This document shows positions 1-8,564 of a DNA stretch of 19,570 bases, one piece after another. A program made the position numbers and the translations under genes. The first letter of the stretch is position 1. Every line of letters begins with the position of its first letter. The DNA comes from Cyclobacteriaceae bacterium (lineage in GTDB: Bacteria; Bacteroidota; Bacteroidia; Cytophagales; Cyclobacteriaceae): positions 1 through 19,570 of the forward strand of contig JAOULS010000021.1 in the NCBI GenBank assembly GCA_029881895.1, in the 5' to 3' direction. The notes below the pieces were generated by a model that was not told the DNA's origin, ran no database searches, and worked only from the letters and a program-made list of their open reading frames with translations.

Positions 1-1
1 T

Positions 2-349
2 CAAAAAGGATTTTTTGGTGGATGGGGACAGTATATTGTATCCATTGGATTGTTACTTTTTGCATTTAGTACGGCAATTTCTTGGTCGTATTATGGCGAT
101 AGAGCCATGACCTTTTTGTTTGGCACAAAGTCAGTAGTATATTACCGTATCGTTTACGTTACAGCTTTCTTCTTTGCTTCTTTTGCTGACACTACTATTA
201 TATGGACACTTTCAGGAATTACGATAGCTCTTATGACACTACCTAACTTATTTGGGTTGATTTATTTAAGAAAAGAAGTTAAATCGACCATTGCTGAATA
301 TTGGGTGAGTTTCAAAAAAGAATGGCCTGATGAAAAAACACCTGAATAA
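2..349 (+). CDS. Sodium:alanine (amino acid:cation) symporter family protein, C-terminal fragment; the 5' end lies outside the window.
   Basis: The frame is open from the window edge, and the ORF-track start is only an internal TTG. The hydrophobic C-terminus ([20 protein letters not shown]...[13 protein letters not shown]) is typical of AgcS/AlsT carriers. Confidence 0.7.
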   Translation, partial: QKGFFGGWGQYIVSIGLLLFAFSTAISWSYYGDRAMTFLFGTKSVVYYRIVYVTAFFFASFADTTIIWTLSGITIALMTLPNLFGLIYLRKEVKSTIAEYWVSFKKEWPDEKTPE

Positions 350-386
350 CATTAATTTGAGGGTAATTTTTAAGCTTTTATATAAA

Positions 387-824
387 ATGACAGTATTATT
401 AGTAATAATGCTGTCATTTTCCTGTTGTGAACCAAGAGAAATAGCTGTAATAGATAAATCAATAACTTTCTATATAGGAAACACCTCTACTCACCAACTC
501 CGAATAGATGCGATTTATAATTTTGAGGAGGACTATCCAATTGTGCTAAGAATTAACATAGCCCCTAATGACTCCATTCCAATCGCAACAGATAATGTGC
601 CATTTGCATGGGGTAACAATAACACTGATTTTCAAAAATTTAAAGATACTGTTCCTGAGAGTGTAGAATTACATTTTGATAATTCCAAATTGCTTATTCT
701 GTATCCGAATTCTGAAAACAGCATATATGATAAAGAAAACTATCATAAAGGTGAATCAAATAGTATTTACCAAGAAGCATACACTTATTATATAACCGAA
801 GGACATTATAACAAGGCCAATTAA
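387..824 (+). CDS. Hypothetical small lipoprotein or secreted protein. An alternative upstream start lies at 330.
   Basis: ATG at 387 gives MTVLLVIMLSFSCC, a hydrophobic signal with a lipobox-like Cys. The protein is Asn/Tyr-rich and matches no family I recognise. The longer ORF from 330 would overlap the symporter stop. Confidence 0.45.
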   Translation: MTVLLVIMLSFSCCEPREIAVIDKSITFYIGNTSTHQLRIDAIYNFEEDYPIVLRINIAPNDSIPIATDNVPFAWGNNNTDFQKFKDTVPESVELHFDNSKLLILYPNSENSIYDKENYHKGESNSIYQEAYTYYITEGHYNKAN

Positions 825-1877
825 TTACTTTATCTTTCTACTACCTCCTGCCCTTAAAATAAAGTCTGCTCCAAAAGCTTTTGCTGGAGTAGTATAGCCT
901 GATTTAACTTTCCCTTCCAACACTCCTTCGGCACAAAGAAGTGCTGTAATAGCGGTCAGTTTATAACTCTCTGGTGTTTCTAACTCTGCTACTACTTCTT
1001 TCCCCTCTGCATTCATTACCTTTCCCCACAGATATGTCCTTAACGTTTCTCGTTTATTGATAGATGGCCCATCTATCTTTTTTCTCACTATTCGTTTTAA
1101 AATTATTTGTAATAGCCATGTTTTAATTAACCATCCAAATTTTGACGCTTTTTTCATCGCCTTTAGCATTTTTGGAGGCATTCCGGTATATACTTCAATG
1201 TTTGGAATACCAGTAGAATAAAATGCTGTAAAAACATCTCCCCAAGCAATCCCAACAGAAAGTCGTTCTTGCCCTCCATATTTTATTATTTTAGAAACAC
1301 TTGCCGTTTTACTAGGTACGATTACACCCTCTTTTCGAACCGCACTTCCTTGATGAAACCGATTCAATACCGAGAGTGCCGTTCCTCTTGACAGTCCCGA
1401 TTGGCTATCAAATGCCAATTCTAGGTGCGTAGCATCAGGAAGTTGCTCCTTTAAAAACACGGCAAGGCAATCTGTAGGCACTACATCAAACCCTGTTCCA
1501 GGTAATAAAGTTATTCCTGCTTTTTTTGCTTCTTTATCAAAACGACTTATATACTCAAACACGTCTATTTCGCCTGTAATATCAAGGTAATGAACTTTAT
1601 TCCGCAAACATGCAGGTAATATATCTCTGATCGTTAACGAAAAGGGACCTGCACAGTTTAACAACAATTGTTTTCCGTTTAATGCCGTATCCCAAGCCTC
1701 TTGATTATTACAATCAAATGCATACCATTGCAAACCATATTGGTTTGCAATCACTTTAACTTTCTCTTCGTCTCTACCTCCTAAAACAGGACGATGACCC
1801 TTTTTAACAGCTAAATCAACAATGAGCTTACCGGTATATCCATAAGCACCATAGATAAATACATTTTCTTGTACCAT
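825..1877 (-). CDS. Saccharopine dehydrogenase family NAD(P)-binding oxidoreductase.
   Basis: An N-terminal Rossmann motif (IYGAYGYTGKLIV) sits directly after the Met. Length (350 aa) and overall sequence match the saccharopine dehydrogenase-like family. Confidence 0.7.
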   Translation of the reverse strand: MVQENVFIYGAYGYTGKLIVDLAVKKGHRPVLGGRDEEKVKVIANQYGLQWYAFDCNNQEAWDTALNGKQLLLNCAGPFSLTIRDILPACLRNKVHYLDITGEIDVFEYISRFDKEAKKAGITLLPGTGFDVVPTDCLAVFLKEQLPDATHLELAFDSQSGLSRGTALSVLNRFHQGSAVRKEGVIVPSKTASVSKIIKYGGQERLSVGIAWGDVFTAFYSTGIPNIEVYTGMPPKMLKAMKKASKFGWLIKTWLLQIILKRIVRKKIDGPSINKRETLRTYLWGKVMNAEGKEVVAELETPESYKLTAITALLCAEGVLEGKVKSGYTTPAKAFGADFILRAGGSRKIK

Positions 1878-1952
1878 GCTTTTTCTTTTATATGATAACT
1901 TTCAATTAACTCAAACTTTATTACATAATCTCCTAAATCCAATAAATAATTT

Positions 1953-1960
1953 TACCTTTG
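1953..1960 (+). promoter_or_regulatory. Candidate Bacteroidetes sigma-A -7 box (TAccTTTG) about 20 nt upstream of the SulP start.
   Basis: Exact match to the TAnnTTTG consensus in a divergent intergenic region. No clear -33 TTG was identified. Confidence 0.3.
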
Positions 1961-1979
1961 CGCCCTTAATTTCTCAACC

Positions 1980-3560
1980 ATGAAGTACACATTTATAGAT
2001 AAAGTCCAAGGAAGTATAAAAGATGACGTTTTTTCAGGACTAACAGTAGCCTTAGCATTAGTTCCAGAAGCGGTTGCTTTTGCATTTGTAGCCGGTATAT
2101 CTCCTGTGGTCGGATTATATGGTGCTTTCATGATGGGGCTAGTCACTGCCGTTATTGGAGGCCGACCTGGCATGATTTCAGGAGCAACTGGTGCACTGGC
2201 TGTAGTAATGGTAAGTTTAGTGAAAGAAGGAAATGCCTTGGGTACAGAAGGCGAGATGCTTGGTCTTCAATATCTTTTTGCCACATTAGTCCTTACAGGA
2301 ATCATTCAAGCCTCTGCTGGATTTTTTAAACTTGGAAAATTTGTTCGGATGATCCCTCATTCTGTAATGATGGGTTTTGTAAATGGATTGGCGATCGTTA
2401 TTTTTCTTTCCCAACTTAGTATGTTTAAAGTAGACGGTGAATGGCTTTCGGGAACAACACTCTACACAATGCTAGGGTTAGTGATGCTCACAATGGGAAT
2501 CATGTATTTTTTACCGATGCTTACTAAAAAAGTACCAGCAGCATTGATAGGAATTCTTGTCGTTTCATCAATTGTTATTTTTGGAGGAGTAGATACTGCA
2601 ACCGTAAAAAGTTTTATCCAATCAGGAGGTGCAGATGGCATTAAGGCTGGACTGCCCACTTTTGGCATTCCAAACATCCCTTTCTCATTAGATTCGTTAC
2701 TCTTTATTTTACCTTATGCCTTAATTTTAGCTGCTATAGGGTTGATAGAGTCATTAATGACATTAACCCTAATTGATGAATTAACAGAAACTCGTGGAAG
2801 TGCTAACCGAGAATCCATAGCGCAAGGTATTGCCAATTTCATAAATGGATTGTTTGGAGGAATGGGGGGCTGTGCTATGATTGGTCAGAGTATTATCAAT
2901 ATTAAATCAGGTGGTCGTGGAAGATTATCAGGAATAGTTGCCGCACTCGCTCTTCTTGCTTTTATTCTTTTCGGGTCTTCTTATATCGAAATGGTACCCA
3001 TAGCAGCATTAGTGGGAGTAATGTTTATGGTAGTTATCGGCACCTTTGCTTGGAGTACTTTCAATATTTGGAATAAAGTTCCTATAGCTGATGTTATTGT
3101 TATCGCATTAGTTACCCTACTAACCGTTATGTTCGACTTAGCCATTGCCGTTATTGCAGGGGTTATTGTCTCGGCATTGGTTTTCTCGTGGGAGAATGCT
3201 AAACGTATTAGAGCTCGTAAACACATTGATGAACGAGGCATGAAACATTATGAGATTTTTGGCCCGTTATTTTTTGGGTCTACCACATTGTTTTCTTCAA
3301 AATTTGATGTAAAAGAAGACCCTAATGAAGTGATCATTGATTTCAAAGAGTCTAAAATAATGGATCAATCAGCCATTGAGGCGATTAATAAGCTAACCGA
3401 AAAGTATTTAAAAGAAGGGAAAAATATTCATTTACGACACTTAAGTAAAGACTGTATAAAGCTTATTAAAAAAGCCGAACAAATTTGCGAAGTAAACGTT
3501 TTGGAAGATCCTGACTATTTCGTGGCCATTGATAATTATAATGAAAAACTAAAAAAATAA
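1980..3560 (+). CDS. SulP family inorganic anion (sulfate/bicarbonate-type) transporter with a C-terminal STAS domain.
   Basis: The N-terminus (GLTVALALVPEAVAFAFVAGISP) has the SulP signature. There are about 10 or more hydrophobic segments, followed by a soluble C-terminal domain of about 110 aa that resembles an anti-sigma-antagonist fold. Confidence 0.85.
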   Translation: MKYTFIDKVQGSIKDDVFSGLTVALALVPEAVAFAFVAGISPVVGLYGAFMMGLVTAVIGGRPGMISGATGALAVVMVSLVKEGNALGTEGEMLGLQYLFATLVLTGIIQASAGFFKLGKFVRMIPHSVMMGFVNGLAIVIFLSQLSMFKVDGEWLSGTTLYTMLGLVMLTMGIMYFLPMLTKKVPAALIGILVVSSIVIFGGVDTATVKSFIQSGGADGIKAGLPTFGIPNIPFSLDSLLFILPYALILAAIGLIESLMTLTLIDELTETRGSANRESIAQGIANFINGLFGGMGGCAMIGQSIINIKSGGRGRLSGIVAALALLAFILFGSSYIEMVPIAALVGVMFMVVIGTFAWSTFNIWNKVPIADVIVIALVTLLTVMFDLAIAVIAGVIVSALVFSWENAKRIRARKHIDERGMKHYEIFGPLFFGSTTLFSSKFDVKEDPNEVIIDFKESKIMDQSAIEAINKLTEKYLKEGKNIHLRHLSKDCIKLIKKAEQICEVNVLEDPDYFVAIDNYNEKLKK

Positions 3561-3715
3561 TAACGCTCCCTATCTTGTTAAAAACACGTTTCTACTCGTA
3601 ACATAAAGAGTAATACCCTTTTATAGTAAGGCATGTAGTGAGTACGCTATTTTTTTACAGTAATTTGCGCTGTGTCTTTCCCAAATCATATCTATTTTTT
3701 ATTTACTTTCATATT

Positions 3716-4483
3716 ATGAAATATATACATGATATTAATTTGAAAGGGAAAGTAGCACTTGTAACAGGTGCTGCCAGAGGTATAGGTCGAGCTTGTTGTT
3801 TGGCCATGGCCGAAGTAGGAGCCGACATCGCTGTTGGTCTGCGCGACATCGACAAGGATAGTGGCTTAATCGATGAACTAAATGAATTAGGTGTCAACGT
3901 TCTGCCTGTGCAAATGGACGTGTCTGACAAAAAACAAATTGATGAGGCGGTAGCCCAAATCATCAGCCATTTCGGGAGAATTGACATTCTTGTTAACAAT
4001 GCAGGCATCGCACCAGATAATTTAATTGAAAACTATACAGAGGAAGATTTTGACAAAACTATTGCGGTTAATTTAAAGGGAACTTTTTTTACTAGCCAAG
4101 CCGTAGGAAAACAAATGATTGAGCAAAATTCTGGTCGCATTATCAACCTGAGTTCTCAAGCTGGATTCATTGCTTTAGCAGAAGAATCGGTCTACTGTAT
4201 GACTAAGGCAGGTATTTCGCACTTAACGAAATGTTTTGCCGCTGAATGGGCTAAATATAACATTAACGTAAATGCAGTAGCACCTACTTTTATTGAAACC
4301 CCAGGTACAGAACCTTGGCTAAATAAACCTGAATTTAAGAAGGACGTACTCTCCAAAATACTACTGAATAAAGTGGGGCAACCTATTGACGTAGCTAGTG
4401 CGGTAGCTTATTTGGCTTCCCCTGCTGGCGATATGATTACTGGATCGACAATGATGATTGATGGAGGATGGACGATTGTGTAA
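3716..4483 (+). CDS. Short-chain dehydrogenase/reductase, KduD / gluconate-5-dehydrogenase-like.
   Basis: Cofactor motif TGAARGIGRA follows the GKVALVTG start, with NNAG and the catalytic S...YCMTK. The C-terminal MIDGGWT ending is typical of the KduD/IdnO subgroup. I prefer the start at 3716; the 26 codons from 3638 are non-protein-like (FFYSNLRCVF). Confidence 0.8.
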   Translation: MKYIHDINLKGKVALVTGAARGIGRACCLAMAEVGADIAVGLRDIDKDSGLIDELNELGVNVLPVQMDVSDKKQIDEAVAQIISHFGRIDILVNNAGIAPDNLIENYTEEDFDKTIAVNLKGTFFTSQAVGKQMIEQNSGRIINLSSQAGFIALAEESVYCMTKAGISHLTKCFAAEWAKYNINVNAVAPTFIETPGTEPWLNKPEFKKDVLSKILLNKVGQPIDVASAVAYLASPAGDMITGSTMMIDGGWTIV

Positions 4484-4511
4484 AGCAAACATATAACCCA
4501 ATTTTCTTCAC

Positions 4512-5843
4512 ATGAACATTCTTGCCACCATTTTAATTGTCATTATTTTTATTGTAGTAGTAATTTCAAAATTCAAAATACATCCTTTTATTGTATTACT
4601 ACTTTCTTCTGTCCTCACTGGTTTTTTAATTGGTCTTGACGGTAGCGAACTAATACAAAAAATAAATGAAGGTTTTGGAAAAACACTTTCCAGTATTGGA
4701 ATCATAATTGCTTTTGGGTCTATTGTTGGTGTGTTTTTAGAAAAATCTGGAGGAACAGCTAAGATCGCAAAAGTAATACTAGAATTAATAGGTGAAAAAA
4801 AATCCCCGTTGGCAATGAACCTGACGGGGATTTTTGTCTCAATACCTGTTTATTGTGATTCTGGATTTGTCATTCTTTCTTCCCTCAACAAGGCATTAAG
4901 TAAAAAAACAGGAATCCCGTTAACAGTTTATGCTGTAGCATTATCTACAGGACTGTATGTCTCTCATGTTTTTATTCCCCCCACACCAGGGCCACTCGCA
5001 GCGGCAGCTGTATTAGGTGCGGATTTAGGACTAGTAATACTCTGGGGACTTGCATTGGCTATACCAGTAGCTTTTGTTGGATATTTATGGGGGAAACAGT
5101 TTGATACTGCGCTAGATATTGAAAAAACTGATGACAACATCTCTACAGAAAAATTACCAAACGAAGTTAACAAAAATTCTCTATACGTTTTTTTGCCAAT
5201 ATTTGTCCCAATCCTCCTTATTTCACTACAGTCGCTTGCGAATTACCCTTCTCAACTCTTTGGAAGTGGCATACTGTATAACCTTCTTCATTTCACAGGA
5301 AACCCCATAGTTGCCCTATTTATTGGCGTATTACTTGCCTCAAAATTAATTACTAAGAAAATAACTGTAGACACTCGTTTAGAATGGGTCTCTAATGCAT
5401 TAAAAGAAGCTGGAATCATTATCTTAATTACAGGAGCGGGCGGTGCTTTCGGAAGCGTATTAAAAGCAGGCAACATTGGTCAAGTGTTAGCATCAGAACT
5501 ATCCGATTTACAAGCAGGTATTTTTTTACCTTTTCTATTAGCTGCCATATTAAAAACAGCACAAGGATCATCTACAGTAGCCATTATAACCTCCGCTACT
5601 ATTATAGCTCCCCTAATGAATTCATTGGGGTTACAAGATGATGTTTCTCGTGCCTTAACAGTACTTGCTATTGGAGCAGGTGCGATGACCGTTTCGCATA
5701 TAAACGACAGCTATTTTTGGGTAGTATCTCAGTTTTCAGGTTTGGACACAAAATCGACCTTAAAAAGTCATACTATTGCCACTTTGCTTCAAGGCATTAC
5801 TGCTATTTCTATTCTTTCAGTTATACAATTTATAATGAGTTAA
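4512..5843 (+). CDS. GntP family permease (gluconate/hydroxy-acid:H+ symporter).
   Basis: A 443-aa polytopic membrane protein. The N-terminal ILIVIIF...HPFIVLL segment and a central GSGILYN...GAGGAFG block are characteristic of GntP carriers. Confidence 0.8.
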   Translation: MNILATILIVIIFIVVVISKFKIHPFIVLLLSSVLTGFLIGLDGSELIQKINEGFGKTLSSIGIIIAFGSIVGVFLEKSGGTAKIAKVILELIGEKKSPLAMNLTGIFVSIPVYCDSGFVILSSLNKALSKKTGIPLTVYAVALSTGLYVSHVFIPPTPGPLAAAAVLGADLGLVILWGLALAIPVAFVGYLWGKQFDTALDIEKTDDNISTEKLPNEVNKNSLYVFLPIFVPILLISLQSLANYPSQLFGSGILYNLLHFTGNPIVALFIGVLLASKLITKKITVDTRLEWVSNALKEAGIIILITGAGGAFGSVLKAGNIGQVLASELSDLQAGIFLPFLLAAILKTAQGSSTVAIITSATIIAPLMNSLGLQDDVSRALTVLAIGAGAMTVSHINDSYFWVVSQFSGLDTKSTLKSHTIATLLQGITAISILSVIQFIMS

Positions 5844-5859
5844 TAAAAACACTTTATCA

Positions 5860-6999
5860 ATGACTATTGTAATTGCACCTGATTCATTCAAAGAATGCTT
5901 ATCCGCCAAGGAGGTGGCTGCTTCTATCGCTTCAGGTGTTCAAACTGTTTTTCCTGCTGCAAAAATTATTCAAATTCCTTTATCTGATGGAGGAGAAGGG
6001 TTGTTAGATGCTTTAGCAGCACCCCTCCACGGAAAATTAATTTCAGTAGAGGTCAAAGACCCTATATTTCGTGCCATCAACGCTAAATACTGTATTTCTG
6101 GAGATGGCACTACTGCAATTATTGAAATGGCTACCGCCTCTGGGCTGGAATTACTTTTAGAAAATGAAAAAAATCCCCTTATCACTACCTCTTTTGGCGT
6201 AGGTCAATTGATCTTAGATGCATTGCAAAATAATTGCACTAAAATAATAGTAGGACTAGGAGGAAGTGCCACCAATGACGGAGGCATTGGTATGATTAGA
6301 GCATTGGGAGGTAAATTTTTAAATGATAAAAATGAAGAAATAGCTGAGGGAGGTGGTACAATTGGTGAACTTAGTCATATAGATTTTTCGAAATTAAACC
6401 CAAAAATAAAAACATGTAAGTTTATTGCTGCTTGCGATGTGTCCAACCCTCTAACGGGAGAAAAAGGAGCTTCTTTTACTTTTGGCACACAAAAAGGAGG
6501 TACAGAAGAAGATTTAATTAAGCTTGACTCTAATTTAAAACATTACGCTACTATACTAAATACTACTCTTGGGATAAATGTTGACACCATTAAAGGTGCT
6601 GGAGCAGCAGGTGGATTAGGTGCTTCACTATTTGGAATATTAGGTGCAAAAATGACTAGTGGCATTGACTTAATAACCGACTACTTACAATTAGATGAAA
6701 AAATACAACATTCGGATTTAGTGATTACTGGCGAAGGTAAAATTGATAATCAAACACTCTATGGAAAAGCAATAATGGGTATAGCTAAAATAGCAAAAAA
6801 ACATAAAGTCCCCGTTATTGCTATCGCAGGAAAAGTTGATAATGGGATCGATGAAATTTACAAAAAAGGGATTTCATCTGTATTTTCGATAGTGAATGAA
6901 CCCATGACGCTTGAAAAATCAATTGAACAAGCTGACGATTTAATAAAACAGTGCGTGGAAAATATTATGCGAACGATGAAAAACATTCAACTCAACTAA
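5860..6999 (+). CDS. Glycerate kinase (GlxK/GarK family).
   Basis: The N-terminus (MTIVIAPDSFKECLSAKEVAASIASG) is the classic glycerate kinase start, followed by IPLSDGGEG. Length is 379 aa, and the gene lies 16 nt after the gntP stop. Confidence 0.85.
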   Translation: MTIVIAPDSFKECLSAKEVAASIASGVQTVFPAAKIIQIPLSDGGEGLLDALAAPLHGKLISVEVKDPIFRAINAKYCISGDGTTAIIEMATASGLELLLENEKNPLITTSFGVGQLILDALQNNCTKIIVGLGGSATNDGGIGMIRALGGKFLNDKNEEIAEGGGTIGELSHIDFSKLNPKIKTCKFIAACDVSNPLTGEKGASFTFGTQKGGTEEDLIKLDSNLKHYATILNTTLGINVDTIKGAGAAGGLGASLFGILGAKMTSGIDLITDYLQLDEKIQHSDLVITGEGKIDNQTLYGKAIMGIAKIAKKHKVPVIAIAGKVDNGIDEIYKKGISSVFSIVNEPMTLEKSIEQADDLIKQCVENIMRTMKNIQLN

Positions 7000-7009
7000 A
7001 GACTTTTAT

Positions 7010-7043
7010 TTTTTCGTAGTTTCCTTTCTTTTGAAACGAAAAA
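7010..7043 (+). terminator. Weak hairpin after the glycerate kinase gene: TTTTTCGT, an 18-nt loop, then ACGAAAAA.
   Basis: An 8-bp inverted repeat starts 11 nt after the stop. It has a large loop, is AT-rich, and lacks a clean T-tract, so this is a low-confidence intrinsic terminator. Confidence 0.2.
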
Positions 7044-7079
7044 GAAGAAAAATAAGTTAAACATGTAAACTCATAAAAA

Positions 7080-7769
7080 ATGAACACCAATTCTTGTGAT
7101 ATAAATGACAAAGAAAAAAGTTGTTGCTCAACTCAAGTAGAAAACGAAAAAGTTGATTTCAGCAAGCACTGGAATAATGTATATTCAAACAGCCCCGAAG
7201 AAAAACTTGGGTGGTTTGAAACCGATCTGAGTCCTACTTTAAATTTAATTTCAAAAACTGATCTAAAAAAATCGGCAAGAATATTAAATGTGGGCTCAGG
7301 AAGTACAACACTAATTGATGAACTAATAGGTGCTGGATACACAAACTTAATCGCAACAGATTTAAGTTCAATTGCATTACAAAAATTAGAAAATAGAATT
7401 GGAGAAAAAAAAATAGATTGTATCGTAGATGATTTAACACAACCTACTGTGTTAAAAAAAATACCTCCCGTTGACTTATGGGTTGACAGGGCTGTCCTTC
7501 ATTTTTTTATTGAAAAAAAAGATCAAGCCACTTACTTCGAATTATTAAACACATGTATCCCACAGGGTGGTTTTGTGTTGTTAGCTGAATTTAGCCTTAC
7601 TAGTGCTACTACTTGCTCTGGTCTTCCCGTACATAGATACAGCGAAAAAATGTTAGCAGAGAAACTTGTTAATTTTGAATTAATTGAAAGTTTCGAACAC
7701 ACATATACAATGCCATCAGGTGCAGAAAGACCTTATATTTACACACTTTTCAAAAAAGTTAAACCATAG
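7080..7769 (+). CDS. Class I SAM-dependent methyltransferase with a Cys-rich N-terminus.
   Basis: Motif I (ILNVGSGSTTLIDEL) is followed by an acidic residue and a post-I region typical of the Rossmann-fold MTase. The N-terminus carries CDINDKEKSCC. Confidence 0.7.
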   Translation: MNTNSCDINDKEKSCCSTQVENEKVDFSKHWNNVYSNSPEEKLGWFETDLSPTLNLISKTDLKKSARILNVGSGSTTLIDELIGAGYTNLIATDLSSIALQKLENRIGEKKIDCIVDDLTQPTVLKKIPPVDLWVDRAVLHFFIEKKDQATYFELLNTCIPQGGFVLLAEFSLTSATTCSGLPVHRYSEKMLAEKLVNFELIESFEHTYTMPSGAERPYIYTLFKKVKP

Positions 7770-7788
7770 TATTGTCTGTTTTTAAACG

Positions 7789-7809
7789 TCATTAATCAGT
7801 TGAATTAAT
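7789..7809. terminator. Short AT-rich hairpin (CATTAAT, 7-nt loop, ATTAATG) in the 42-nt gap between the convergent methyltransferase and cutC.
   Basis: A 7-bp inverted repeat is read directly from the sequence. The stem is weak, so it is at most a marginal bidirectional terminator. Confidence 0.2.
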
Positions 7810-7811
7810 GC

Positions 7812-8555
7812 TTATTTCTCAAAGGTTTCTAATTTGATTATTACGTTCTTAATCGTATCAACATCGGAGGTGTAGATTACATTTTCAGGGATATCTTTAG
7901 ATCCATTCATATTTAAATCACTATTGATTCCATTCCCAAGGAATGGTTTTTTGCCTGACATATGAAACTCATTACACCCTGTTTCTATCAGCGTAGATAT
8001 ATTACTACCATTCACTCCTCCTCCAGGCATAATCACAATTCTTCCATTCGCAACACGTATCAATTCAGCTAACAAACCAGCCCCTTCTGCTGCACTATTT
8101 TTCCTTCCCGAAGTAAGGATTCTCATTGCTCCACAATCAATAATATCTTCTATTGCCTTCATAGGTTCTAGTGCAACATCAAAGGCACGATGAAAAGTGA
8201 AAGGTAATGGTTTTGAAAGTGCCACAAGTTCTGATGTTCTTTTTATGTCAATTTCCCCGTTGGCTAAAAGTACTCCCGATACAATACCTTCTACGCCTAA
8301 GTCTTTCGCAATTTTTATGTCCTCTTTCATTATTTCAAACTCCAAATCAGAATACACAAAATCACCTCCACGAGGTCGAATTAGAACAAACAATTCAATA
8401 TCTGATTTCTCTTTTGTTAATTTGATGCTTGCAGCACTTGGTGTAGTACCCCCTTCCCATAAATTTTCACACAGTTCAACCCTTTGTGCACCTGCTATTT
8501 TGGCATTAATTGCCGATTGTACAGAATTGGCACATACTTCTACTATTCTGTTCAT
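7812..8555 (-). CDS. cutC: CutC family protein (copper homeostasis protein CutC, TIM-barrel).
   Basis: The N-terminus (MNRIVEVCANSVQSAINAKIAGAQRVELCENLWEGGTTPS) matches the CutC signature M..EVC..S...A...GA.R.ELC..L..GG.TPS. Length is 247 aa. Confidence 0.85.
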   Translation of the reverse strand: MNRIVEVCANSVQSAINAKIAGAQRVELCENLWEGGTTPSAASIKLTKEKSDIELFVLIRPRGGDFVYSDLEFEIMKEDIKIAKDLGVEGIVSGVLLANGEIDIKRTSELVALSKPLPFTFHRAFDVALEPMKAIEDIIDCGAMRILTSGRKNSAAEGAGLLAELIRVANGRIVIMPGGGVNGSNISTLIETGCNEFHMSGKKPFLGNGINSDLNMNGSKDIPENVIYTSDVDTIKNVIIKLETFEK

Positions 8556-8564
8556 GCCTTATCT

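Noticed and set aside
3638-3715. N-terminal extension of the SDR ORF.
   Set aside because: The SDR Rossmann motif follows directly after the Met at 3716. The upstream 26 codons are hydrophobic junk (FFYSNLRCVFPKSYLFFIYFHI) within an AT-rich leader.
1952-5476. Multiple 60-100-aa ORFs antisense to sulP, the SDR and gntP (1952-2173, 2462-2677, 2981-3241, 3709-4008, 4508-4705, 4964-5173, 5288-5476).
   Set aside because: These are shadow ORFs embedded within well-supported genes on the other strand. Their compositions are low-complexity, Ser/Pro/Ala-rich and not protein-like.
7400-7525. Three A8-A9 or T7 homopolymer tracts inside the methyltransferase gene, which could be slipped-strand phase-variation switches.
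   Set aside because: Equivalent A8-A9 runs occur in gntP (about 4795-4803 and 4896-4903), the histidine kinase (about 17160-17168) and elsewhere. All encode Lys-Lys (AAA AAA) in frame. This is ordinary AT-rich codon usage and is not distinctive to one gene.
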